A stretch of DNA of 64,000 bases from an uncultured Chloroflexia bacterium (GCA_963777165.1 CAVZPO010000027.1:22209-86208), one strand, 5' to 3'. Numbered from the stretch's first letter, positions 11,202-20,865 are shown. Made by a program: numbers and translations. Notes: a model not told the origin generated them from the sequence alone.

Positions 11202-12251
11202 TTATTCCCTCTTGCTCGCGTGCGAAATCAGACCAGGCAACGACTTAGAGAACCGGGTGGCGTTCTCCTCTGTCTCGGCGAGTAGCTTCTCGACTTCTGC
11301 TCGCGCGGGGATCGAGGTCTGCGCACCCAGCCGGGTGACTGCCAGTGTCCCCGCGGCACAAGCGAAACGGGTGGCCTCCCCCAAGCCACGTCCCTCGACC
11401 AGCGACACCGCGAATCCGCCAACAAAGGCATCGCCTGCTGCGGTGGTGTCGACTACTTTGACCGGACGTGCCGGTACGGGAAGGCCGCCTTCCGAGGAGA
11501 ACACGTAGGCGCCCCGCTCGCCCAGGGTCAGCACAACCACGCCGACGCCACGCGCACACAGGGACTGGGCTGCTCCCCTGCAGCTGTCGGCGTCCACAGG
11601 TTTGATCCCCGTTAGCACCTGGGCCTCGGTCTCGTTCAGAACAAGGTAATTGACCTGGGCAAGCAGCGCCTCATCCAGTGCCGACGGCGGCGCGGGGTTG
11701 AGAAGCACTGGGACCCCGTGCCTCACGGCCATTCGGATGGCGGTTTCGACGGTGGGAATCGGCACTTCCAGCTGGAGGACCAGGAGGCTCGCCTTTGCGA
11801 TGCGAGCCTCCGCCGATGTCAGCTCGTCTGGGGTGAGAAGCCCGTTGGCGCCGGGGATGACGATGATCCGGTTCTCGCCTACTCCGTCCACGAGGATGGC
11901 GGCAATCCCCGTCGAGACGCCTTCAAGCCTTCGCACAATGGAGAAGTCCACGCCGAAGCTACCGAGGCTCCGGAGCAGTCGTTCGCCGAAAGCGTCGTCC
12001 CCAACGCAGCCGATCATCGCCACTTGTCCACCGAGCAGTGCCACGGCCGCCGCCTGGTTGGCGCCCTTGCCCCCGGGCACGGTCGAGAACGCGGTGCCGC
12101 GCACCGTCTCGCCAGCGGAAGGCATCCGGGGGGCCTGAACTACGAGATCCATATTCAGACTGCCGACAACGACGATTTCTGCCATCTGTTCCCGAGATTT
12201 GACCCTGGCTGCCCCACCCCACTCCCGGACCGCCCCGTCTTTCGAACTCAC
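11202..12251 (-). CDS. rbsK: Ribokinase (PfkB family)
   Basis: ORF 11202..12251(-), intact: IVVVGSLNMDLVV...GGKGANQAAA...DTTAAGDAFVGGFA. An alternative ATG start lies at 12185. The 12251 start (GTG) overlaps the repressor stop. Confidence 0.9.
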   Translation of the reverse strand: MSSKDGAVREWGGAARVKSREQMAEIVVVGSLNMDLVVQAPRMPSAGETVRGTAFSTVPGGKGANQAAAVALLGGQVAMIGCVGDDAFGERLLRSLGSFGVDFSIVRRLEGVSTGIAAILVDGVGENRIIVIPGANGLLTPDELTSAEARIAKASLLVLQLEVPIPTVETAIRMAVRHGVPVLLNPAPPSALDEALLAQVNYLVLNETEAQVLTGIKPVDADSCRGAAQSLCARGVGVVVLTLGERGAYVFSSEGGLPVPARPVKVVDTTAAGDAFVGGFAVSLVEGRGLGEATRFACAAGTLAVTRLGAQTSIPARAEVEKLLAETEENATRFSKSLPGLISHASKRE

Positions 12252-13258
12252 TTTGGCACGGCGGTCGACTCGCGCTCGACCAAGAACGGACTCAAGACAT
12301 GCCGCTCGGTTTGCGTCAGATCCCGCTTGCGGTTGATGCGGGAGAGCAACAGGCCAACGGCGATCCGGGCCATTTCCTCCACTGGCTGCGCCACCGTGGT
12401 AAGTGGAGGGCCTACCTCGGAGGCCAGAGGTATGTCGTCGAAGCCGACGATGGAGACATCAGCTGGCACGTTCAGGCCGGCTGCCCGTATCGCGCGGAGT
12501 GCCCCTATGGCCATCAAATCGTTGCAGGCAAAGACGGCGGTGGGGGCATCTGGCAAATCCAATAGTTCTTTCATGCCTGACTGCCCACTGGTCGGGCGGA
12601 AATCTCCCCCCACGATCCATTCTGGCATTACAGAGATGTCGGCCTCATCCATGGCCTCTCGATAGCCAAGTACACGATCGGCGCTCGGGGCCAGCATGGA
12701 CGGGCCCGTAATGCACCCGATCCGTCGATGGCCTAGGCCGATCAGATGTCGGGTCGCCAGCAGACCACCCGTCTTGTTATCGAGAAGCACCAGGTCCGCC
12801 AGAGAAAGCGGCACCTCGCGGTCGACGACGACCACAGGAGTGTCATGGCGTGTCAGTTCCTGCAGAGGCTCTGTCGCACCGCCGGAGGTAATGAAGATGA
12901 CACCATCGACCCTCTTGATGACCAGGGAATTGACGTACGCTCGCTCTTTGTCGACTTGGCCATCGCTATTGCACAGGAAGACGCTGTAGTCTTCGCGGAA
13001 GCCGATGTCCTCGATTACGTGCGAGACCTCCGCGAAGAACGGGTTCGTGTTGTCCGGGACAACGAGCCCAATCGTCCGGCTTTCGCGAACCCGCAGGCTC
13101 CGAGCCAGAGAATTGGGCCGATAGTCCAGTTCCTGTATCACCTCAGAAATTCGGGTGCGCAGCGCATCACTCACGTAGCGGGTACCGTTGACTACGTGGG
13201 AGACAGTGCTGGTCGAAACACCGGCTCTCTGGGCGACATCTTCGATCGTGGCGCTCAT
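12248..13258 (-). CDS. LacI-family transcriptional repressor (ribose-operon position)
   Basis: ORF 12248..13303(-). Likely start MSATIEDVAQRAGVSTSTVSHVVNG at 13258. Periplasmic-binding-protein-like effector domain. Intact. Confidence 0.85.
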   Translation of the reverse strand: MSATIEDVAQRAGVSTSTVSHVVNGTRYVSDALRTRISEVIQELDYRPNSLARSLRVRESRTIGLVVPDNTNPFFAEVSHVIEDIGFREDYSVFLCNSDGQVDKERAYVNSLVIKRVDGVIFITSGGATEPLQELTRHDTPVVVVDREVPLSLADLVLLDNKTGGLLATRHLIGLGHRRIGCITGPSMLAPSADRVLGYREAMDEADISVMPEWIVGGDFRPTSGQSGMKELLDLPDAPTAVFACNDLMAIGALRAIRAAGLNVPADVSIVGFDDIPLASEVGPPLTTVAQPVEEMARIAVGLLLSRINRKRDLTQTERHVLSPFLVERESTAVPK

Positions 13259-13276
13259 TGTGGAATCATACCCAGA

Positions 13277-13344
13277 CAAACGTTTGGCCAATCGATTGCG
13301 CAAACGTTTCTATGAAAATACATCCCGCCGCCCCTATCCGTCAA
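13277..13344 (-). promoter_or_regulatory. Candidate promoter (-35 TTGACG 13339-13344, -10 TATTTT 13315-13320, minus strand) with three palindromes downstream: CAAACGTTTG (13277-13286), CAATCGATTG (13289-13298) and AAACGTTT (13302-13309)
   Basis: Read directly. The AAACGTTT core is the classic LacI/RbsR-type operator half-site pair. Palindrome centres are 12 bp apart. Confidence 0.5.
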
Positions 13345-13599
13345 GTGACAAACTTCTGCCCGCCGAGTGACAAGCTTCCACGATCAAATCGGCGGTAGCC
13401 CGGATTTCTGGCAGTCATCATGACAAAGACCACAAACACGCTCGTGTCCGACAGGTTGGGCTCTCTTGCGTGACGGCTCTCTGATAGCCGTGGCGGTGAG
13501 CGGTCAACGTCCTGTTCACGCGTATGGCGTCAGGCCCAATGGGAGATCAGGCGTGATTTGCAGATACACTCTTCCCGCCCCCTGTACAACGAAGCGGGA

Positions 13600-14640
13600 G
13601 GTACGGTGGCCGAGAAGATGGAAAGCGTAGAACCCACCGTTCGGATGCTCTGCCGAATGGCGGACGCCAGGCACTCGGCGGAGGAGTGGAGAAAGTCCGG
13701 ATCGTCCCGAGGGCCTGCGGGGCGAGACCAGCATTGCCACATTGTGCCGGCGGGAGGGCATCACGACTAGTCTGCAATATCGCCCCGCTAAGACCGCAGG
13801 ATCTTCGGGTGGGACAAGGAACTCCTGGAGGCGGGTAAGCAACGGCCGGTTGGCGACGCCGAGCATCGGGCGGGCAACCGGTGAGTGAATCAGATCCGGG
13901 CAGAGGTCGAGCACTTGAAGAGACCGGTGGCCGCCGACGATCGGTTGCCCATCCCACCCACCGGGTGAACGAGGTATGGCAGACCGATTTCACCTGCTTC
14001 AAGATTCATGGTTGGGGCTACTACACCCTTCCACCATGTTGGACGACTACTCCGACCACAACCTGGCCTAGAAACTCACCCCCTACCATGGCGGCCACGG
14101 ACGTGCAGGAACCGCTCGAGCTTGCTCTGCCGCGCGACAAGCTTGATCGAGTACGGGTTCGTCATCGCCCCCGGCTGCTCCCGCAGAATGCGCCGCGCCA
14201 GGTGTATAACGAGCTGCGCCGGCTCCTGGAGGGCCGACGGATCGAGCGCACGCGCGGGGCACTCCTGCGTGACATCCGATGAGCCCGACCAAGGTCGGGC
14301 GCTGCCAACGCTCGATGTGGAACCTGATCCAACTTCCGAGCTTCGCGCTACGCCGGGACTTAGGGATGCAGGACCATCCGGGGGTTGTGGACTACTACGG
14401 CCACCACGACGCCACGACGCGGGATTCGCTAGGGCAGCCGTCGACCGCCTGCGGACTGTGTACTGTCGAGCGAGAGCCAAGTGAGGTGCAGTTGCGTCGG
14501 AAAGAGATCAAGTCCGCAGGGATCGGTGGAGCGCACCGACGACCGTCGACGTGCAGTGGAGACGCTGAAGGACCGCCGCATGACCCGTCCAAGCCGAAGC
14601 AGTGTGTCTTAACCTGCGAGCCCCGATTTGTCGCACTCTA
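13600..14640 (+). mobile_element. Decayed IS3-family transposase remnant (Transposase_8 HTH plus rve integrase core), with many frameshifts and stops
   Basis: Fragments across frames: ...LCRREGITTSLQYRP (HTH part), NEVWQTDFTCFKIHGWGYY...MLDDYS...TMAATDVQEPLELAL (DDE core, ORF 13881..14282), ...VDYYGHHDATTRDSLGQPSTACGL (YYNHxRYHESL-like tail). No intact ORF, and ends not defined. Confidence 0.6.
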
Positions 14641-14778
14641 GCTAACACGATACAGTTGTTCGGGTTGGCTGTGCGACATACAGGCACATTGCCCGATGGG
14701 GTCGCAAACTGCCTTTGATATTTGGGCTCGTCGGTTGCGCGGGCATCCTGCCGACGCTTAGGTAAGGAGAGCAATGCC

Positions 14779-15930
14779 ATGTTAGAAGGTATGCACTTTG
14801 CCGTGTTCGTAGAGGAAAACACCAACCCGACCGAATACAACTACTGCCGACTTCGGCTGAAAGAAGCGGGAGCCAGGGTTACCGTCATCGGTTTGACCCG
14901 GCTCGAATACCGGCTGGAAGATCATTCGCCCGGTCACGCCGATGTGATGATCGACGAGTTGCCGCAGACATCCTTCGATGGCGTTGTGATCCCCGGCGGG
15001 CTGGGACCAGAGAAATTGCGGCTGAACCAGAAAGTGATTGACATCGTCAGGCAATGCCACCAGGCGGGGAAACTGTGCGCTGCGATCTGTCATGGCCAGC
15101 AGGTGCTCATCTCGGCCGGTTTATTGCGCGGCGTCAACGCAACTGCAGCCTGGAGCATGATGGATGATCTGCGCATGGTCGGTGCGATCGTGCCTGAGGG
15201 GGTACGGGCAGTGCGGGACGGGAATATCGTCACCGCCGTGTTTCCCCCGGACTTACCCGAGTTCTTCCGGCTGATCCTGAGGGCGATGGCCGAGATGACC
15301 GGACGGCAGGTACCGTCGGGTTACCCCGACAGACTGAAGAACCAAACCTGGGGCATCGTTGTGGATGACGCCAGCGACTCGGTCCAGGTGGACTACCTTC
15401 GCCTGCGGGTTCAGGAGGAGGGCGGAGAGGCGTTGTTGCTGGGTCGAGGCGTGGGCAAGGTAGTCCGGCTGGGCAGCCCCAACTCGGAATGGGGCGACCT
15501 GGGTTGGCGGGTGGTGGTTGAGCGGGCACTACCCCAACCGGGCGTGATCACATCCTGCGACCATGACGCCGAGGCCAACAGCAAGGCGATCTCTCTCCGC
15601 GAGCTGAATGGGATCATTCTCCCCGGCGGACTGGCCACCTGGATGATCCGGGGGCACCCGGGCCTCAGGCAATTGCTGCAGGAAATGAATGCCGCTGGCA
15701 AACCGATCGCCGCCGTGGAACGTGGCCCTAAGATACTCGTGATGTCTGGCGTATTGGACGGCAGGTCGATCACCTGCGCCCCGCAAATGAAGGACGATAT
15801 CATCCAATCGGTCATTCCCATCCATTACCGGGATGAACCCGTTGTGGAGGATGGCAACCTGATCACGGGGCGGGGTTCTGAAGATCTGCCGCAGTTCATG
15901 CAGGCGATCCTCAACCGGATCAGCAAGTAG
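14779..15930 (+). CDS. Tandem DJ-1/PfpI (class I glutamine amidotransferase-like) domain protein
   Basis: ORF 14722..15930. Met at 14779 follows AAGGAGAG. The first domain has the nucleophile elbow AAICHGQQVL. The second domain has AAVERGPKIL (Cys replaced), so it is probably non-catalytic. Confidence 0.75.
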   Translation: MLEGMHFAVFVEENTNPTEYNYCRLRLKEAGARVTVIGLTRLEYRLEDHSPGHADVMIDELPQTSFDGVVIPGGLGPEKLRLNQKVIDIVRQCHQAGKLCAAICHGQQVLISAGLLRGVNATAAWSMMDDLRMVGAIVPEGVRAVRDGNIVTAVFPPDLPEFFRLILRAMAEMTGRQVPSGYPDRLKNQTWGIVVDDASDSVQVDYLRLRVQEEGGEALLLGRGVGKVVRLGSPNSEWGDLGWRVVVERALPQPGVITSCDHDAEANSKAISLRELNGIILPGGLATWMIRGHPGLRQLLQEMNAAGKPIAAVERGPKILVMSGVLDGRSITCAPQMKDDIIQSVIPIHYRDEPVVEDGNLITGRGSEDLPQFMQAILNRISK

Positions 15931-16213
15931 TCCATACCTGCCAGATAGACCCTGCGAAGATCCGGTCTTTGGACTCGCCGGGACCACTTGGCGGTGCTCG
16001 AAACCCACGGCGCTCGGGCAGCGGCGCCCTTGACCGAACGCACGCGGCGTCAATTGGCCGCCACTCAGCGACGCCAGGCGCCGGAGGTGTATCCGGCCCC
16101 CTCCTTGGGATCACCTCCTCTCGCTATAGCAGATTTGGGAATGACGTAGACTCTGGCACAGAAACCGGCTACTGCACAATCCTGAAGTCCACGAATGACT
16201 ACCTGTTGAGGGA

Positions 16214-17045
16214 GTGAAAGTGCACAAGGTTTGGATTGGCGTGGGCTGGAAAATAAATCACACCCTCCCTGAAGCGGAGGCCTATGCGATTGCGCTGAGA
16301 CAATTCATCAAGAGCTCACAAACCTCATTGGGGGTCTTCGTCGTCCCGCCCTATACCGTCTTGCATCGAGTGAGCAGCTTGCTGAAAGAGACGCCCATTC
16401 TGGTCGGTGCGCAGAACATGCACTGGGAAGAACGCGGGGCTCACACAGGCGAAATCTCCCCTCTGATGTTGAAGGACTGTGGGGTCACCTTGGTGGAGCT
16501 GGGGCATTGTGAACGCAGGCTCCACTTCGGTGAAACCGACAAGACAGTCAACCTGAAGACCCTGGCGGCACTAAGACATGGTCTGAAACCGCTGATCTGC
16601 GTCGGGGAGACGGCGGAGGAGGGAGAGTCTGGTGCTGCATATCCGGCACTTGCTCGTCAAGTGAGGATTGCCCTGCGCGGAGTCCCGTCTGAACAAGTTC
16701 AACACGTAATGTTCGCCTATGAGCCAGCACGCGGCTATCGGAGACGGCGGAACCCCCGCCGACCCCGATTCCGTGGGGGCCGCTGTTGCATGGCTGCGCT
16801 CGCAAGTTGCGGATGCCTACACTGAACAAGCGGCAGGTGAGATCACCATCCTGTATGGTGGGGGCGTGAGCCAGGAAAACGCCCGCCTCTATCTGTCACA
16901 GCCCGGGGTTGACGGTTTGTTCATTGGTAGGGCGGCGTGGAAGGCGGAGGATTTCGTCGCCATCATTCATTCGATAGCAGTGCGGGCGGCCGAGACAAGG
17001 CCTGGAAAGGACATTGCTGACCATGAAGATACTGATCGGAAGTGA
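16214..17045 (+). CDS. Triosephosphate isomerase-family paralogue, with one frame break near 16730
   Basis: ORF 16214..16825: VGAQNMHWEERGAHTGEISPLMLKDCGVTLVELGHCERR...ICVGET...FAYEP. It continues in ORF 16719..17045: AIGDGGTPADP...ILYGGGVSQENA...GLFIGRAA. Confidence 0.75.
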
Positions 17046-17481
17046 TCACATCGGATATCCTCTTAAGGCTGACTTGCTATCCTTCCTGGGGAGCTTGGGA
17101 CACGCCGTGATTGATGTTGGGTGCGACGGAGATCATGATGTCGTCGACTACCCGGATATCGCCGTTGCCCTGGCGGAACGAATCAGATCTGGGGAGACTG
17201 ATCGCGGTGTACTGGTCTGCGGCACAGGGATCGGCATGGCGATCGCGGCTAACAAGGTTCCCGGGATTCGGGCCGCGTGTTGCCATGATGCGTACTCTGC
17301 TGAGCGGGCGAAGAGAAGCAACAACGCGCAAGTCATGACGATGGGAGCCCTGATAGTCACGCCAACCTTGGCGCATGAGATCATGAGTCATTGGCTTGCC
17401 TCCGAATTCGCTGATGGGAAGTCCGCGCAGAAGGTCCAGAAACTGATCGACCTGGACACCCGCTTTCGAGGTTCGGGCTGA
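17014..17481 (+). CDS. RpiB/LacA/LacB-family sugar-phosphate isomerase
   Basis: ORF 17014..17481: MKILIGSDHIGYPLK...GVLVCGTGIGMAIAANKVPGIRAACCHD...RSNNAQVMTMGA. Likely start at 17023. Confidence 0.85.
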   Translation: MLTMKILIGSDHIGYPLKADLLSFLGSLGHAVIDVGCDGDHDVVDYPDIAVALAERIRSGETDRGVLVCGTGIGMAIAANKVPGIRAACCHDAYSAERAKRSNNAQVMTMGALIVTPTLAHEIMSHWLASEFADGKSAQKVQKLIDLDTRFRGSG

Positions 17482-17725
17482 CAAGGCTGTGACACTCTCT
17501 CTTGTCTTTGACCGTGCTGCGGCGAGGACCAACGCGAAAGAGGGGCGCACAACATCTTCAGGACGGGGAAGGAAGCCCCTTACGTCAAGGGCTGGAATAC
17601 CGAACGGAGGCCCCATCGTGAGACTGCTGGCCAGTTCTGAGTTCCTTCCCCTTGGCGGGTTGAAGAGGCTGGCAGAGGTTACTGGGCGCGAAACGAAGAC
17701 GGTGAGCCGAAGGAGCCTTTTGCCA

Positions 17726-18716
17726 ATGATCACAGAAGAAACGACCCCGGTTCCGCACGTAGTCTTGGGCCGCAGCGGAATTACCAGCACCCGTCTCGGC
17801 CTGGGATGTTCCATCTGGCCGCTCAAAATCCCCTATCCCCAAGTCGTCGACACTCTCCGGACTGCCCTTGACCTGGGTATCCGTCACATCGACGTGGCGC
17901 CCATTTACGGCACGGAGGAGATCGTCGGGCGCGCCCTACACGACCTGGGCATCCCGAAAGATCTTGTATTGGTGACGAAGACTTGCGCCTACAGGGGAGA
18001 ACTTGGAATTCTGTACCGTGAGTACTCCGGCGCGACAGTCTACGAATCGGTTGAAAGAAGCCTGCACAGGCTCCAGGTTGACCGCCTCGACATCGTGCAC
18101 CTTCACGATGTCGAACCCGAAGATCTGCCCCATATCCTAAGCGAGAAGGGGGCCTTGAGGGCCCTGCTTGACCTGAAAGCCCGAGGCGTCATCCGATCTA
18201 TTGGAATGGCCACGCAGTCACTCGTGGCGCTGCAAGCCGCCATAGACACAAACGAGGTTGACCACATCCAGGCCTATCACAGCTACACGCTTCTGAACCA
18301 AGATCTGATGCTGAGCGTCTGCCCCAGAGCTCGAGGAAAGAACCTGTCGATCCTGAACAATGCGCCATTCGCGGGCTTTATCCTCGCCACGGGTCCTGTA
18401 CCGGATGCCGCGCTACAACTACCGGCTTGCCGCGCGCCCCGTAACGGAGGCTACGCGACGTCTTGAGGAAGTCTGTACACGCAAAGGCGTCTCTTTGGAG
18501 ACGGCGGCCCTGGCCTTCTCACTCAAGAACCCGGAGATCGATGTCACGGTTGTGGGGGCAAGCACACCGGAGAAACTGCGCAGGCGGGTAGAGGCTTTCC
18601 AGGCGCCTCTTGAGAAGGAAGACTTCGCGGAGATGATCCTCGCTGCGGGTGGATCGTTTCCCATTTCATCGCCCTTTGCCGGCAAGAACCCCTACAAGGA
18701 CGACCGAGGGCTATGA
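17726..18716 (+). CDS. Aldo/keto reductase, with one frame break near 18405
   Basis: ORF 17489..18466 from Met at 17726: MITEETTPVPHVVLGRSGITSTRLGLG...IRHIDVAPIYG...LHRLQVDRLDIVHLHD. The C-terminus continues in ORF 18360..18716 (...RYNYRLAARPVTEATRRLEEVCTRKGVSLETAALAFSL...VVGAST). Confidence 0.75.
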
Positions 18717-19440
18717 ACCGTGGCGGGCTCCTGAAGAACCTGGTGCGGTGATCGGATCAAGAAGCGCCTCTTGGTTCTGGGGGATAGAGAGACTATGCTC
18801 GCGGAAGGGCCGAAACATCCGCGGAGAGGAGAACGAGAACGCTCCTGGCTCCTTCTTCTTCGATCTTGAACAGCGACCACTCCAAGATCATCCGCTGCGG
18901 ATCACCAGGACCTTGATCGAACCCGAGTCGTATTGGATGTCGCCCGCTCTCGATGAGATGTATTCCTGGACTGGACGTCACTCCATCCTGCCTGCAGGCC
19001 ACGGAGGGAAGCCCTTTCGTCGTCGCGTCTCTCAGTTCTGAGCACGTCATCAGGATGGTGCGTGTTAGGGTCAGCCACATGGAGCATTACGACACTGGGA
19101 CTTGCCTCGCGATCCGCGGCACCAGCCCTGAGCGATCCGGGGTCGATCAATTCCCCGACGCTGGCGTACTGATTCGCGCCCTCTACCTCATTGTCCGCAC
19201 CACCTAGATCTGATCGTGTCTGCATGTCGGAATCGGCTCGCGTCGACGAGATCGGCCCAGAGAGGGACCACAAGCACCCAACTGCCTCCTCACGGCTACG
19301 AGCCTTTGGCAGTCGCGATGGTCATCAGGAGAGCTAATCTCCAGGGTCTACGGAGGGGGGCGATCGAGTGCTGGTTCACATCCGTGAGGTCGGAGGGTCG
19401 TCGCCCTCGGAGACCCCTTGCGCGAAGCGAAAGGGATGAC

Positions 19441-19482
19441 GGGCGCCGGCCCGAACGGGGTTCGAACCCCTGCGCCTACCCA
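19441..19482 (+). other. tRNA-like minihelix: GGGCGCC / GGCCCGAAC / GGGG-TTCGAAC-CCC / TGCGCCT followed by ACCCA
   Basis: Read directly. It has a consensus T-loop (TTCGAAC), a 6/7-paired acceptor-like stem and a CCA-like tail. No D or anticodon arm is present, so it is not a tRNA gene. Confidence 0.35.
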
Positions 19483-19718
19483 GTCAGCACCCAGGTCCCC
19501 ATGGTCAGCCCGCGGAGGGAACCGTGAGGACTTCAGTTATCGCGTAAACTCAAGCCGCGCCGATATCGAGGCTCCCATTGGCGGTCGGGAGGGCCCACGA
19601 CAGGCCAGTCGGGCCGGGTCCCGCCAGCGCTCCCTCCAACTCCCAACTCTTCGCAGCCGTCATCCCACAGGGGGTCGACCGCGGCGCTCTAGCCCGCGTT
19701 GGTCCGCGGCATACCGCA

Positions 19719-19795
19719 GGCTCCCCCAAGTGGCGGAGGCACACACTCCCCGGCCGATGGATGCGGCCGGGGAGCCTCTCCGGTAGAATAGGTTG
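19719..19795 (+). repeat. Intergenic box-plus-hairpin repeat, copy A (intact)
   Basis: CTCCCCCAAGTGGCGGAG (19721-19738), then hairpin CTCCCCGGCC-GATGGATGC-GGCCGGGGAG (19746-19774), then TAGAAT (19784-19789). It lies 75 nt upstream of hup. Confidence 0.85.
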
Positions 19796-19863
19796 ATGCC
19801 CCGCGCCGGCGGATCCACGCCTCCATCCCGTAGCTCATCAGCGGTTGGCATCAAGGAGCGCAC

Positions 19864-20172
19864 ATGGCGAGCAAGAGAATGAGCAAGGGTCAATTCGTGA
19901 CCGCCGTCGCCGAGAAGAGTGGTCTGACCAAGAAGGAAACCAACGCGGCGCTGGAGGCGATCACGGCGGTCGTCACGCGCGAGCTCGGCAAGAAGGGGCC
20001 TGGAGAGGTCGTCTTCCCGGGCCTGCTCAAGCTGACCGTCGTCAATAAACCTGCCACGCGCGAGCACGAAGGTATCAACCCCTTCACCAAGGAGCCGATG
20101 ACCTACAAGGCGAGGGCGGCGCGCAAGGTGGTGAAGGTGCGCGCCCTTAAGACGCTCACCGACGCCGTCTGA
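19864..20172 (+). CDS. hup: HU/IHF-family nucleoid-associated DNA-binding protein
   Basis: ORF 19864..20172: ...KGQFVTAVAEKSGLTKKETNAALEAITAVVTREL...PGLLKLTVVNKPATREHEGINPFTKEPMTYKA. An AAGGAG RBS is present. Confidence 0.9.
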   Translation: MASKRMSKGQFVTAVAEKSGLTKKETNAALEAITAVVTRELGKKGPGEVVFPGLLKLTVVNKPATREHEGINPFTKEPMTYKARAARKVVKVRALKTLTDAV

Positions 20173-20420
20173 GCTTCACGAGGTCGACAGCCGCGTTCGT
20201 CAAGAAGTGGCTGGGGTTCTGTCTTGCAGACGAGCCCGATAAGGGAGAATCCGAAGGACCCATTCCCTGGGTGACCAAAGGGGGTGGGTCCGGTTCGCGT
20301 CCGGCGCTCACCCGGTCCTGGTGGCCGCCGCAAGCCACACGATGCCGTCGGGCTCCTGACAACTGATCGCCGACCTGCGGCGGCGCTTCCAGTGCGCAGG
20401 CTTCGGCGCCGACGAAGCAA

Positions 20421-20457
20421 CACGAAACCGGGCCGCGCGAACCCTTGCGCGGCCCGG
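20421..20457 (-). terminator. Rho-independent terminator (11-bp GC stem CCGGGCCGCGC/GCGCGGCCCGG, then TTTCGTG on the minus strand)
   Basis: Read directly. It lies 40 nt downstream of the small minus-strand gene ending at 20497. Confidence 0.6.
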
Positions 20458-20496
20458 ACCGACTCTCAACCCCAGGGCCCCCACGCGATCGAGCCG

Positions 20497-20667
20497 CTAG
20501 AGATTCCTGGTGCGTGTCGCCACCAGCATCAGGACCAGCCCGATGAAGACAAACCAGAACGCGTATGCGCTCAAGCCGGCCACATTACCCATGTAGCCAA
20601 GGAGGCCAAGCAGTCCCAGGAAGAAGGCTATCCACCAAGTGATGTTCTTCGGAGGGCTAAGGTGCAT
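20497..20667 (-). CDS. Small hydrophobic membrane protein (56 aa), below the ORF-track length cutoff
   Basis: Own translation: MHLSPPKNITWWIAFFLGLLGLLGYMGNVAGLSAYAFWFVFIGLVLMLVATRTRNL. AAAGGAG lies 8 nt upstream and a terminator lies downstream. Confidence 0.6.
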   Translation of the reverse strand: MHLSPPKNITWWIAFFLGLLGLLGYMGNVAGLSAYAFWFVFIGLVLMLVATRTRNL

Positions 20668-20865
20668 TGTCGCATCTCCTTTGACATTGACGTCTCTTCG
20701 TGCGGCGTCCGACGTTCGGCCCAGGTGCGGCAGGAAGGCGGACAGCCCGCATGCGAAGTCGCGTTGTGCGGATACACGCCCATGCTCGGCCGACGGGCAC
20801 CGACCGGCTTCGGGCCAAGCGGCGCCAGGCAGGCCGGCCCACAGATCAAGGGCCGGCGGTTCGGG

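Noticed and set aside
19100-19482. tRNA or tmRNA on the plus strand ending at the perfect T-arm and ACCCA at 19482.
   Set aside because: No complementary 5' acceptor strand exists at tRNA distance (about 72-95 nt) or tmRNA distance (about 300-400 nt). The only partner is the immediately adjacent GGGCGCC, giving a minihelix, and no D arm, anticodon arm or plausible tag ORF is present. It is reported only as a tRNA-like element.
19331-19695. Possible tmRNA (ssrA) on the minus strand. It has a 5' GGGCTAG that can pair with UUAGCUC about 365 nt downstream. An internal reading frame GCC AAU GGG AGC CUC GAU AUC GGC GCG GCU UGA (ANGSLDIGAA*) starts about 114 nt in.
   Set aside because: The arm preceding the putative 3' acceptor strand has the loop UAGACCC instead of the universally conserved T-loop UUCRANY. 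An extra base separates it from the acceptor strand, the discriminator is not A, and no CCA follows. The tag does not end in the usual hydrophobic-Ala-Ala pattern. It cannot be supported without a covariance-model search.
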